Shown here in pieces: positions 10,681-23,363 of a DNA stretch of 64,000 nucleotides. Position 1 is the stretch's first letter; the number at the start of each line of letters is the position of its first letter. The notes under the pieces were generated by a model, which made no database searches, had not been told where the DNA came from, and saw nothing but the letters and a program-made list of their open reading frames with translations. Source of the DNA: Eledone cirrhosa (taxonomy: Eukaryota); NCBI GenBank assembly GCA_964016885.1, contig OZ024741.1, positions 385,454,001 to 385,518,000 of the forward strand. The letters run 5' to 3'. The position numbers and the translations under genes were made by a program.

Positions 10681-12445
10681 TGTTATTGAACTGACCATGC
10701 TATTTCCATAAGGATAAGGTCCATATCCTATCTATTGAATATTTTTTTCTACTTCCAAAGAATCCCTCTAATGTCAGAATTTCTTCCAATATTGTTTGTC
10801 TTAATTTATTAGGATAATTAATTAACAGATAATTTATTAGGATAATTAATTAACAGAAACTGCAGTTAGGGAGATGATACAAGCAAAACTTTGTAACATT
10901 AGTTTGTCTAGCTTGTATTCTCACCAATGGAGATTTTGGCATAAGTTAAACTATGTTTAAATCTTCTCTAATTTAATGATTATCTTTTCATTGAGATGTC
11001 CAAGTATATTAATGACAAATAACTTTCTGTTTGAAATATATATGATATGTGTTTGATATATATATATATGTGTGTGTGTGTATTCAAAGGAACTCCTTCC
11101 ACTTCCACTCTCCCAACACTCTTTAAAAAAATTTCTTCCAGTCCATGTTTGTCTTTAAATAAATTTTCTGCTAAAATATTTTCAAAACATTTTCACATAG
11201 ACTCTGTCCAAAAGTCCTTTAGAATAAACCAGCCAGTTGATTCTTGTCAATACCCAGATTTTCCCAGAATATATCGTATTTGTTCACCACCACTGGAATG
11301 GAACTCCATTTAGTTGATTTTATTGGAGTTATCTCTCTTGTTTCTTTGTTTTTTTTATTTTAAACACTCCTAAAAGTAATTTTGTGTACCATCGGCATGA
11401 ATAATCTTAGTTATCTGAAGTTTTACAACTCCCTATTAATACATATATGTGTAATACTCTATCATATTTGTATTTAGTTTTTAGAGTGCTTCCCTGAAAC
11501 AATTTCTTTTGATGATATTCATTATTAGTGTCACAACATAGCCTTTATTTCTTTGCTAACTGAATAGTAGATTTAATAAGACTGAAACATGGCTGTTGTT
11601 TTTCACCAGTTGGCTTTAAACTTTTTGTCACTATATTTCTATTGAAAGATAGTGTCTATGATTTTCAAATCATTCTGAAAATAATCAAGAATTTGGAGAG
11701 ATGTAGTAATATAACTAACTTTCTCATTATTTAGATGGTGTTTAAAACATAATCTAAGATGGTATATAGAGTTATGTTGGAAGGTTTTTAGATAAAAAAA
11801 ATTACAAACTTTAGAATAAGCAGTTTTGAATAGAAACAAAGGACAATTTCAGGCAGTTTCAAATCCAGAGAAGGGCATCTCACTTGGGTAAGAAGGCCTT
11901 CATGATACAGCAGATATCACTGGCTGTTCTCCTCAGCAATGCCTTTGTAAATTTAGTCTAGGGTGTACAACTGAGATGTAACATCCAGCCAATTCTTCAC
12001 ACTGTTAAACAAATTTTTTTTCCTTACTTCCTCATTTATTCTCTCTTCCTGAGTGTAAATACATACAATAGGAGATGAAATTTTACATCAATAAAGAATA
12101 TAAATCACTAAAGAGAGGGCGATTGAAGGGAGAGAGATTGAATGTGAATAAGGAAAGTGAGAAATAGTGTAGAGAGAGACAGAAAGTAAGATTGTCTACA
12201 TCTTAACTGCTCAGAATCAATTCTTCAACTCTCCTCTTTGACTGGGAACTGGCTATTTATCACTATCGCTTATGCTGTCTCCGGAACACAAGACAAAGCT
12301 GTTTGCTATGTCAAAATCTTAGACACACTGGCAACTAAACTGATTCACAATTGAAACCTATCTCTGAGGCCACCAAAGGTGGCTGCTTGATAGTGTAAAA
12401 GAAACTTTACTGAAGAAAATATCAATTTACTGCTACATGTGCATA

Positions 12446-12668
12446 GAGGGTGTATCAAAAAGAATCACCCGATTTCAAAAGGCCAGGTTGGGATCTCAAT
12501 ATGTAAACTAAACGACTAATTCTAGTTTTTAAAGAATCAAGGGTGGTAACCTAGAAAAAAATTGCCAACCCCCTTCCCCAATCTTATTGCACCCGAGAGT
12601 ACATCTACACGATAGTCAAACTTGTCCCAGATACTAGTATGTCTGGTGATTCTTTTTGGTACATCCTG
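12446..12668. mobile_element. Tc1/mariner-type MITE
   Basis: TA|GAGGGTGTATCAAAAAGAATCACC ... GGTGATTCTTTTTGGTACATCCTG|TA, giving ~24 bp TIRs and a TA target duplication. Confidence 0.8.
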
Positions 12669-12818
12669 TATATTAAATTCTGAAAATTGAGTTCATCTGT
12701 CAAAAAATGATTTTAACACAATGGAAATTGAAAATTAACATTAGGGAAATTTAGATAATGAAAGTAGGAAGTAAATAATGAATAAATATATATATATATA
12801 TATCAATATATATATATC

Positions 12819-13148
12819 ATCATTTCATTTTACGTCCGCTTTTTCCCTGCTTGCAAGGGTGGGACGGGAACTGATTCTGGCTTGATTTCTACAGCTGGAT
12901 GCCCTTCCTAACACCAACCTCATTTACAGTGAGTGCTGGGTGCTTTTTTGCCGTGGCACCTCCACGACCACTTTGCAGTGGAATGATAGGGACCCCAGTC
13001 CTTATCATCTCATTTCTACAGCTGAGTAAACTGGAGCAATGTGAAATAAAGTGTCTTGCTCAAGGAAACATCACCCGGTCTGAGAATTGAACTCACAACC
13101 TTTCGATTGCAAGGCCAATGCTCTAACCACTAAGCCATGTGCCTCCAT
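12819..13148 (-). mobile_element. Young CORE-type SINE with RTE-like (GAT)n tail
   Basis: tRNA-like head near 13148, CORE motif, and an AGGAAGGGCATCCAGCTGTAGAAA block. Near-identical to 38945-39225(-) and 49269-49520(+). Confidence 0.8.
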
Positions 13149-13682
13149 CCTCCAATGATTTGTAAAAAAAAAACTGATCTTTTATTCGTTAGAGATAACA
13201 ATGATTTGTAAAAAAAAAACAGTGATGACGTTTGTTTACTAGCAATGTTAATTACATAATTTAAAAAAAAAAAAATTATGTTCAAAATAATAAATAAATG
13301 TTTGTCCATGGGGCGCAGCCACCACACCACTGAGGTGTGGCTCTGGGCCCCTAGGCCCAGAGCCCATCACCCTCTCCTCTTCCTCTTCCTTTTCTTCTGT
13401 GGCCCTAGAGTCCTTGCTTTTCCTCTCCTGGGTTTTATAATTGTTTCTATTTTAGGCACAAGGCCAGCAAATACTCAGTACATTACTGGTACTTTATTTT
13501 ATCGACCCCGTAAGGATGAAAGGCATAAGTTATCTCCCTTCTATCATTCTTTCGAAGAGGGGAATTGGTAAAATTGTTATAGTGTCGGATAGGGTGTTTT
13601 TACTTTAAAGTGTTCGTTTCGGTTGTTTGCGTCCCGAGTTCAAATCTCATCGATGTCAACTTTTCCTTTAATCCTTCCGGGG

Positions 13683-13790
13683 TCTTCCAGCGCCTTAGCC
13701 TTGCCATTACCCACCTTAATGTTGCGAGTGTGTGGGATTGCCTCATAAAGTATTAGAGGAGGCTCCTATGCCCCCGTGTGGTGTCTGACT
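13683..13790 (+). mobile_element. CRE-like element, extreme 3' fragment
   Basis: FQRLSLAITHLNVASVWDCLIKY*, homologous to 7140-7210 and 63255-63335. Confidence 0.7.
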
Positions 13791-14938
13791 GATTAACGCG
13801 CTTTTTTAAACTGATGGGGTTTTTCGCTTCGATTGTATAATTTTGTGTATTATGTTTATAAGGTTCCATGAATTCCATTTTTATGTGAAATATCATGATT
13901 ATAATATATTTTCTTTCGTTTTGAATATTTATTTTAATATGGAATATTTATGTAATTAAGTATTGTATATATTGTTTGGGTGTATATTTTCATTCTGTAA
14001 GAATTACAAACAATTTGTAATGTTATTTATACAACTGTATATAAAATTATACCAGACTAGTACTTGTCAAGTACTGAGTGGATATAATCGCCCCCCGCCT
14101 CCAAAAGAGTTACGGCCCTTTATGGTCTGAGTTCAAATCCCGCCGAGGTTAACTTTGCCTTTCATCCTTACGGGGTCGATAACATAAAGTACCAGTAATG
14201 TACTAGGTATTTGCTGGCCTTGTGCCAAAAGTAGAAACAATTATTTCGAGTTATGACATATATTTTGTCGATTCGTCTCATTGTTTGTAGTGGTAGCTAC
14301 ATGGAGCTTTCGTATATTTATTGTCAATAAATTGATGGCTAACACAAAAAAACATTACTTATATAATTAGTGGGAAACGCGAAGAAATTACGCAACGACA
14401 TTAACGATTATTTAACCACTTAAGAAATAGCAGACCGAAAAAAAACCCACAAGCATTTGATGAGAATATCTACTTAAAATAAATAAAAAAATAAATGAAA
14501 ATTAAATGCAGACAATTCTGGTTATGAGGGGGGGGGGGGCAGAGAGAGAGGTGAATCAGTAGAAAAGTTTCTATACACTTCACCCGTCAGTTTTAAACTT
14601 ATATAAACTTCCGTTAGACTCAGAAATACACTTTTATCATCGACAGGGCAATTCATTGTATAATTGCTTATCTCACTTGATTATCATATTACTAACAAGG
14701 TGGTGTTCACTTCATAAGATTTATTTATATGCATTAAGTTTCATCATTTACACAAGGGTAGTTTTTTTAAATCAGAACGTGGATATTTATATAGGTTATA
14801 ACAAAGCAAGCTTCCAGAACTAATTAGTGTCCGATAAAAACGATGGATGGCTAATACAGATACAGATCATAGCTATGAGTTCGATGTTTATTGATACGGA
14901 TCTTGATTCATGTAAAACGACAAAAGATGATGTATAAA

Positions 14939-15021
14939 GTAAGTAAACATATTTTTTATTGATTAATTTTGATATATTGCATTTTTTTTAAAATAATAGA
15001 AATATGTAAATTGTATTTCAG
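14939..15021 (+). other. Candidate short GT-AG intron between non-coding exons (5' UTR or lncRNA)
   Basis: GTAAGT...T-rich...TTTCAG, 83 nt. The flanking sequence has stops in all frames, and a weaker donor AAG|GTAGAA sits at 15237. Confidence 0.4.
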
Positions 15022-15779
15022 GATGGGAATGGTTACAACAAACAAAAGATGTTTGTGTTGAAGATATTTAACGAGTGCCGCTAGTCTGAGATGCTGGGGG
15101 AACCGCAGGGTTTGTAGCAGTAAAGAAAGGTGTATAAAGAGGAGAGAAAGTTGTAGACAAAATTACAGGTGACAAGAACGGAGGAAGAATACGGGAAAAT
15201 AATAATAACGTAGCGGAGTATGAAACATCAATGAAGGTAGAAGTGTATATAGAGATAGAGAGAAACATAGATAGATAGAGAAAAAGAGAGGGATGTATAA
15301 ATATACGAGTGGTGAGAGTTTTATCAAAGAGAAGCTCATTAAAGAGAGAGAGAAAGGTATGGAGATAAATAGAAGGGGTGAGAAAAGATGTATTAAACAG
15401 AGTGGGTAGAGTGAAAAGAGATGAGTTTGGGGGAGAACGAGAGAGACGTATTACAGAGAGGAGTGAGAAAGGCGTGTATTAAAGAGAATGAGAGATTTGT
15501 ATTAAAGGGGAGAGAAAGAGAGAGACATGTATAAATAGAGGAGTGGAGAGCATCATGTGTAAGAGAAACATGGAGAGAAAAAGACATGTATAGGGAAGAG
15601 TAGGATGAGGTTTGTATCATTGAGAGGAGAGAGAGAGTGATGAAATAAGAAAGAGTGGTATATACAAAGAGGGAATATATATATATATATCTAGTGGCGT
15701 AGATAGAGTGATATATATATAGAAGGGAGATGTCTTGAGAAATACAACTGGAGAGACAGGGGAAAGAAACATGTAGAAA

Positions 15780-15979
15780 CAGGACTACGTGAATGTAATT
15801 CACAGTAATTGAACTGGTGTTTCCGGCAGTTGTAAATCGCAGATATTTAGATCGGGTTGTTCGATCTCACTATTTACACAAGAAATAGCTGGATTTTCCT
15901 CATTTTTTGTTGTTTTTACATGAATACATTGATTTTGACAATTGTTTTTTTGCGACATCAGTACTAAGAATAAGTAATG
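15780..15979 (+). other. Candidate first exon ending at ATG of an unidentified gene
   Basis: ATG (15977-79) is followed directly by a perfect GTAAGT donor. The exon lies in a CpG-richer block with an ETS-like TTCCGG motif at ~15821. Confidence 0.4.
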
Positions 15980-18900
15980 GTAAGTGTCACCATTTATTCA
16001 ATAGCATACAACCTGACCACTTCTACCCCTACTTCTACTATTCTCTCACAAGATTGCTGTTCCATGTCTTTTATGATAATAACAATGATCATTATTATTA
16101 TTGTTTGTCTCAATGTTGAAGCCGTATGTCGTGTAAATTTATCAGTTAATTATAAATATATATTGAGCTGCCGACGTAGTTTATCGTAGTCGTATACCGG
16201 TGTTAATTGTTATGGCATTGATGGCCTGACTCTAAGTAAGCTCTCTCATTAATGTCCATTTTAAACAAATCGCCTCTCGCGTATCATTAAATCTCGAACT
16301 TCGGAAATGCTCTTTATTAATCTATTAATTTGTTTAATCCCCCACCCTATTATATATATATATATATATATATATAAATGGATCAATGACTCCTCTACTA
16401 AGATTTAGTATAAGTAAATGTCAATATAGACAAAAAAAAACCCGTAAAAGTTAATATATACTATTTGGTGAATATTTCGTGTGATTATCTAGTCTCAATC
16501 TTTACCTTCTTTTATCGCGTGTGTTCAGTTTTAATTAATTCCTATAAAAAGATGTCTTGATTACTTTCATTTTCTCTTCTGTTGCCTCTCTCTTTTGTCG
16601 AAATATTATATGCATAATGTCAACCTAACGAGTATCTTCCGACCCAATTATGCTTCGCCATGTCTTTAAAAATGTTCATCAAATCTTCTTCATAAAATAA
16701 ATAACAGTTGTTTCCTTACAATCTCTTCAGTATGGGAATCACTCGCCAATCTCTTTCTTCGTTGCCTGAGAGTATGTATGGTTATGTTTCTGATATTCTT
16801 CGCTTGAAATCTTCCAGCTACTCTTACGATTCATTTCAAAAGTAGACTTTCAGCCATCGTTCTTTCTTCCAATCTTCCTAACCCCCTACCTATTGTCCTC
16901 ATCGACCGCCTTCCCGGGACATTTTATAGAAATCTATTCGCGACTTCTTTCATTGTTTAGTCAGCGGCTAACACTACGTTACTGTCAATGGACCAGTTGT
17001 ATTTATTTATTCGGAAAATTGTTATTCTATCAGCTTCTTTTACTGGGCCATATATTACTGTTTATTGTTATTATTATTATTGGTAAGTTCAAATCCCACC
17101 GAGGTTAACATTGCCTTTCATCCTTACGGGGTCGGTTAAATAAAGCGCCAGTAATGCTCTGGGGTCGATTTAATCAACCTTCCCCTCCTCCAAAATTGTT
17201 GGCCTTGTGCCTGAATCAGAAACTATTATTATTGTTGCTGGTAAGGGTGGAGTTGGTTCTTCGGTTTATTATTGCGGCTGGTGGTGGTTCTGGCAATGGT
17301 TAGGGTACCTGTAATGTATAGTCGTCCTATATTCAGTTTTCACAACAATTTCATAAAAAAAAAAGGTAGCAGATTGTATGAGAAAATATCTGTAACCCCA
17401 AAATCAAAATGTTGCTAGTGAATTAAAAATATATATATAAGGATTGTCTGTAGATCTGTTCTCATTTACTTGCTTAATAATTTTATATAATATTCGACTG
17501 GATTCTTACTTTTAAGAATTAAAATGTTAACACGTACTAAGTAGATAATATATATATATATTGGGAGAGTCATGCTGCCAATAAAAATACAAGCACCTGT
17601 TTGTTGGTTTTCACGGTTGGTTGGTTGGTTCGATAACCGGATGGTTGTTTAAATATTGTCAAGGCTCTTTCGTCACACATTATGTGACCTCCTCAGTGAC
17701 TAGATTTTTATTTTGTGTCTCTCCTTTGTTCTGTTCTACACCATCTTGTATTTGTGTGTTGTGTTATATATATATAATGTCCCTGAAAAAAAAATAGTCC
17801 CTTGAAGCCCAATCTGACAACCCTACTTATATTTACTCTTGACTGGAACAATCTACAGACACACTTCACTACGCAAAACATTCCCCAGACCCATTCGTGA
17901 ACATACCATACATTTACATTTTTGGTTCACTTATAACGTATGTGTGTGTGTATATATATCTATCTATGTATATGTGTGTGCGTGCGCGCGCGCGCACGCT
18001 TCATTCTCATATGAGCCGCTCCCCTCTTTCCTAAAGTATTACTTTCGCTATTGTTGTATTAGTGTACACCCTCTTCTACAGTGGGTTTTCCCCCTTTTTA
18101 TCCCCATTAAATCCGGCCCTGCTCTCCTAGATATTTTGTTAGATTTCTCTGTCCTCGTGTGTGTATATATATTAAGGTAACTTTAGGAACATATTTCCAT
18201 AATTTCTTTCTTTTTTTTATTTCCATTTATGTAGTAAAGCACTTGTAAGTAGATACATTCCATTTAAAGAACGAAGATTACATCGAGAATAGTCAAATGA
18301 GATCTCTATTCCTGATAAACAACACTCATGTTTGAAGTATTTGTAGTAGCGGTGGTAGTAGTAGTAACTAAATGATAAACAAAACTGACTGTGAATAAAC
18401 AGCAAAGAATTTTACATCTTAGTTGGTCTGCTATCAATTTGACTAGGTCAGCTAAGGGGGTTTTTTTCCCCTCCCGTTGCAATTAAAATAAGTGGAGTGG
18501 GTGGAATAGTTTATGTCTTTAAGTGGTTGTTCTGTAACACTATTGTAACAATTATGAAACTGGAACTCGCGATAAATTACACTTCTACTTTATAGATAAG
18601 AGGTTGCTGTTGTTGTTTTTTAAAAATATTTTATTGTGTGTATTAGTGCATGCGCATGCATTTAAGGTTTATTTTGTGTGATGTGATTAAGTTTCTTCAT
18701 ACTGAAATATAGGCATTTACAAGGGTTGTTTTTATCATAGAATGAGGTCCGGAGTTCTAATTCTACGGGTGTTGATTTAGCGTTATTCAAATGCCGTTGT
18801 GCAGGAGACATACTTCGGTAATTAGTCCAAATATGCAATGATTGTCTTTCCAGTTCTGTATTGCCTTTAGCATGTTTTGATATTTAGATGCTAAGTCGGC

Positions 18901-19504
18901 GGATTGTTGTAAATGATTGACTAAATATCTTTTAATTCTTAGTTCTGTCTCTCTATGTTCTTAGTTCAAATTTTGCAGCGGTAGATTTTGCCCCCCCCCC
19001 CCCCCCCCCCCCGATATCTCCGAGGTCGATAGTGCATGTCGAACAAAGCATGTAAGGTCTATTCAATTATCGATACTCACAACCAATCACACACTGCTAT
19101 GAATGTGTGTTCCATGCTCAGCGTAAGAAATCAAATTCGTATGCTAACCTTGATGATATACCTTATGTTTATAAATGCATATAAAGAAACACTTCGTAGA
19201 AGTTCGTCAGAGATCATGTGATGAGAGGTCTTGCGTTTTGGAAGTCAGGGTCATGCTCTTATTACTTAAAATGCCATTGTAGTACTACACTACTTCCTCT
19301 GATAATATAATATGAAGTTCCTTCTGGATTAAGTCCTTTTGATATTGTAGGCACTTAAAAGATTATGGTGCCTCACATATATAATGTCTGTGAGCATTTT
19401 TTTTTTCGGAATGACAAATACATTTAATTTGAATAAATTTGTGTTCCTCTTCCCTTGATGCCCTAAACATGTGTTTATTTTGCTTAATGGTTAATCTAGA
19501 TTCA

Positions 19505-19920
19505 ATGTTCTTTTTCTTCTTTTTCTCCCACTTATTCCTGGGAGGGTCGTGGGGGAAGAGTCCTCAAGTACTCCTTCTAGCAGATCCTGTGAGAGGCAAC
19601 CGTCTCCAATTGAACCTGCTGGATCTCCAAACATGACCAGCCAAGCCCATGGATGTTATCCAACCATCTAGTCTATTGGGGTCTATTCCCAGGTCTCCTG
19701 TTAGTTGGTTTTACCCTTAAAATTTGTCCCACGATTCTTTCCTGAAACATTCTAACCTCATCTCCGTAATATCGGAGCTGTAATCTCTCAATTCAGAAAA
19801 GTAACTGCTCTATCAGGAGCGACTCTCTGATCTCCAAGCTACGCACTCTATCAAGTAATATTACTCACCCTTCGGAGTAAGCCCATTTAGGCTGCTTATA
19901 TTCGCGATTGCATTCTTTCG
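19505..19920 (-). mobile_element. RTE-clade LINE 3' fragment (family A)
   Basis: Colinear nucleotide similarity to 5963-6380. Confidence 0.8.
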
Positions 19921-22069
19921 TGCAAATGGAAATTACTTGTGATGTTTAACATCAACTACATCAATCTCAGTGTGAAAATGACTGAGAAAGTCATGGATGC
20001 CATCCTCTCTTTGTACTCTTCTGATTAAATGATTTAGAAAATAAGAATCTACTATAGACCATAGTGAACGTGTGTGATCTAGTGGTTAGGATGTTGGACT
20101 CATCATCATATGGTCATGGGACCAATTACTGGACCAGGCAGTACATTGTGTTCTTAGACAAGATGCTTCATTTCAAGTTGTTTTTTCGGATAGGACTGGA
20201 GGCCTTATTATTATAAAACAACAGTGAAATCTCATATGAGGTCAGTTAAGCCTACATAGGTGTGAACTGTAAATTTCATTTAATTTTAATTTTTTTTCTT
20301 TTGAGATAAAGTATATTGAATGTCATTCTTTATCCTGAAGTTATATTGTGATTTTTACAAATCCCTTAGCCTTATAAATCACTTCCATGTTCAGTTTCTC
20401 CACAGACAACAGCATGTAAGAATATGAACCTTTTCATTACCATATTTCAAATGAAAGACACTGCATATAATTTTAAAATCATTTTGAAAATAATTAAGAA
20501 TTTGGAAGGATTTTTAATGTAACTAACTTTCTCATTATTAAGCTAATGTTTGGACCATAACAAAGGTTCTTACATAAAATGTTGGAAGGTTTATAAATAA
20601 ATATAAACATTTAAAAATATCTTTATAGTGTTGAAATAGAGGGCAGTTCAGTATCCAAAATGTTAAGTCTTTCCTACACACTGGTTTATTGTATAATGTT
20701 CTTATATTTAACTATTCTGAATATAAACTGAATGGAGTCTATTTAAGAAAGGAAAGAAACCAATTATCAGATGAGACCAAGGCAACCTCTTCTTTCTATT
20801 GCTAATACTGTCTACCAATTGCAACTGTGGTAGAAGGGGTCTGTATTTCAACTCTTGAGCTGAAACAAATACCACTAAGCATCCCTTCCAAATCTTAATT
20901 TTTCCACTGCACCACCACCTCTGGACTGGTACTTGATCAATGGAAAAGTTTCATTTATCTACAAAGTCCTTGTACTTAAAATTGTCTTACCATTTCCTTT
21001 TTTTTTACCTGGCCAAGTGTGGTGATTATGCAGTTCAACTTTACTATCTCTTAAGATTGTTGTCATTGTTATTGTTGGATGGCTATCACATCTGATGACG
21101 AGTATACCAATGAAATGAACAATGCAAGAGACTGCTCATAAAAATAACAGACTAGTGACTGAGCATTCCACAAGCACAAGTACCCATAATGTAGTTCTCA
21201 ACAAGATTCAGCATCACACACTAGTGTGACAAGGTTGGCCCTTTAATTCACTTTTGTCAGACTAGTGGACTGGAGTAACATGAAATAAAGTGTCTTGCTC
21301 AAGGACACAATATGCTCCTAGGACTTGAACTTACAACCCTACGATCATGTGCTGAACATCGTAACTACTAAGTCACATGCTTTCACACTTTTTTTAATAT
21401 TATGTCTTCAGTAGATGACATATTGCAATGAAGTGTAGCAGTAGTGTAATAGTCAAGTAAGGTACTTTAGTCAGTATTGAACAAAACAGGTGGGTGGTAG
21501 CTAATATCTATATTACATTCCTGAATTACTCTCTGAGGTTCTTTATGTTGAATGAAACAGCTGTTAGTGATATCATTTCTCATCACTTGTTACTAGTCTT
21601 CCTGTTAAGGAATGATTAGAAGCCCTTTGCTGTGAAACAGACCACAATTGTGCTGAACATATTTAGTCTGAATTTTTTTGTCTTTGTTTTTTCAAGGATC
21701 TATTCCACTATTTACCTTTATCTAAGAACCTTCCATCATAATATTATATTATGCTTCAAAGAGCAGCTTAATAAGGAGAAAGTTAGTTATATTACCAAAT
21801 CCCTCCAAATTCATGATTATTTTCAAACTTATTTGAAAATTATAAGCTGTGTATTTCATGAAAAATATGGTAACGAAAGGGTTAAAATTAGTTGTATGGT
21901 CTTAATAATTGTTTAGAAGTTTAAAGTTCCAAGCCTCTACATTTAGCTTTTAAGTTTTAATTAAATACTAATGGCTCCTTTCCTTGGCAAGCAATATATA
22001 GCTTCTTTGTCTCTCTCTCATCTTATACTCCAACTCTTATCATTGCCTCCCAGCTGAACCAAGGACACA

Positions 22070-22390
22070 ATGGTGACATTATAAAATATATCTAGCCCAC
22101 TCTGTAAAGTGGTAGTGCTGGTGACATGATAAAATACACCCAGTCCACTCTGTGAGGTGGTAGTGCTGGTGATATGATAAAACATACCCAGTCCACCCTA
22201 TGAAGGGGTAGTGCTGCTACCACTATAAAATACACCCAGTCCATTCTGTGAGGCAGTAGTGCTGGTGACATGACACCCAGCCTACTCTGTGAGGTGGTAG
22301 TGCAGTAAAAAGCACCCAGGCTATTCTGTAAATTTTTGGTGCTAATGCCACAACAAAAAGCACCCAGTCAACCCTGTGAAGTGGTTAGCA
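22070..22390. repeat. ~48-bp minisatellite derived from a SINE internal segment
   Basis: About 7 diverged units of GTGGTAGTGCTGGTGACATGATAAAATACACCCAGTCCACTCTGTGAG, running into the SINE block GGTTAGCATTTGGAAGGG. Confidence 0.75.
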
Positions 22391-23363
22391 TTTGGAAGGG
22401 GATTCATCTGTTGAAACCAAGCCAGAAACAGAATGTATGAGCAAGATGTTGTCACCTATCTAGCCTCAGAATGAGAAAACACATCTAATCTATGCAAGCA
22501 TGGAAAATAGACATTACATGCTGCTGCTGTTGGTGATACCTGGAGTTAATTCAAGATTTTCATGTGATAACTCTGTATGGTGTGGTATGATCCTGTAACT
22601 CTTGATGAAGTTGTAGAAGTGCTGTAGTGGCATACAGCGTTTCTTGGGCATTTTAAGCCTGACTGAGCCCACATCCCTCTTCAGGCTTGAACACAGCAGA
22701 TTTCTTCCAGAGAAGGATAGAAAGTGGGAAAGAGATATAGAGGAAGAATCAACCCCAGTACTAGACTGATACTTTTTTTATCAACCTCAAAAGGATGAAA
22801 GGCAAAGTTGACTCTGTAGGTTACCCTAAATATTTAATTACTCTTGTCAAGCAGTTTTTCATACAAAACAAATCAGGATTACAACAATAACAGATTTGCC
22901 AAAATTAAAGGTGGCGAGGAAGAATTTATGAAAAATTAGAAAGTTATTTGTCTATAGAACAGAACCCCAGAATGGTTTTGAGTTTTTGTTTCTTAATTTT
23001 TTTAATTATTAAATGTGATCATACAATATTTGTATGAGATAACTTTACTCCCAAAAAAATGCACTAAACCAATCTATAGTTCTCATTACTACTGAAAAGT
23101 CTCTTAAGATACATAAGACAAACTTATGACTAAGTAGGTAGAGTGTTGGATTCGTGATCATAAGGGTTCGATTCCTTGACTGGGTGATGTGTTGTGTTCT
23201 TGAGCAAGATACTTCATTTTATGATGCTTTCATGATAGGATCCGAGACCCTATCATTAGAACACCTAAGAAACCTCCATACGATGCAACTCTATAAGATG
23301 CCAGCTAAACCTGCATAAGTGTGATCTCTATATTTAATTTTATCCCCCCAAAGCACAGTTTGT

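Noticed and set aside
13080-13148. tRNA gene
   Set aside because: The box A/B-like motifs belong to SINE heads, which continue into SINE bodies and form no full cloverleaf.
16690-16735. Minus-strand CTGAAGA..GAAAC hammerhead candidate
   Set aside because: Stems I and II cannot form.
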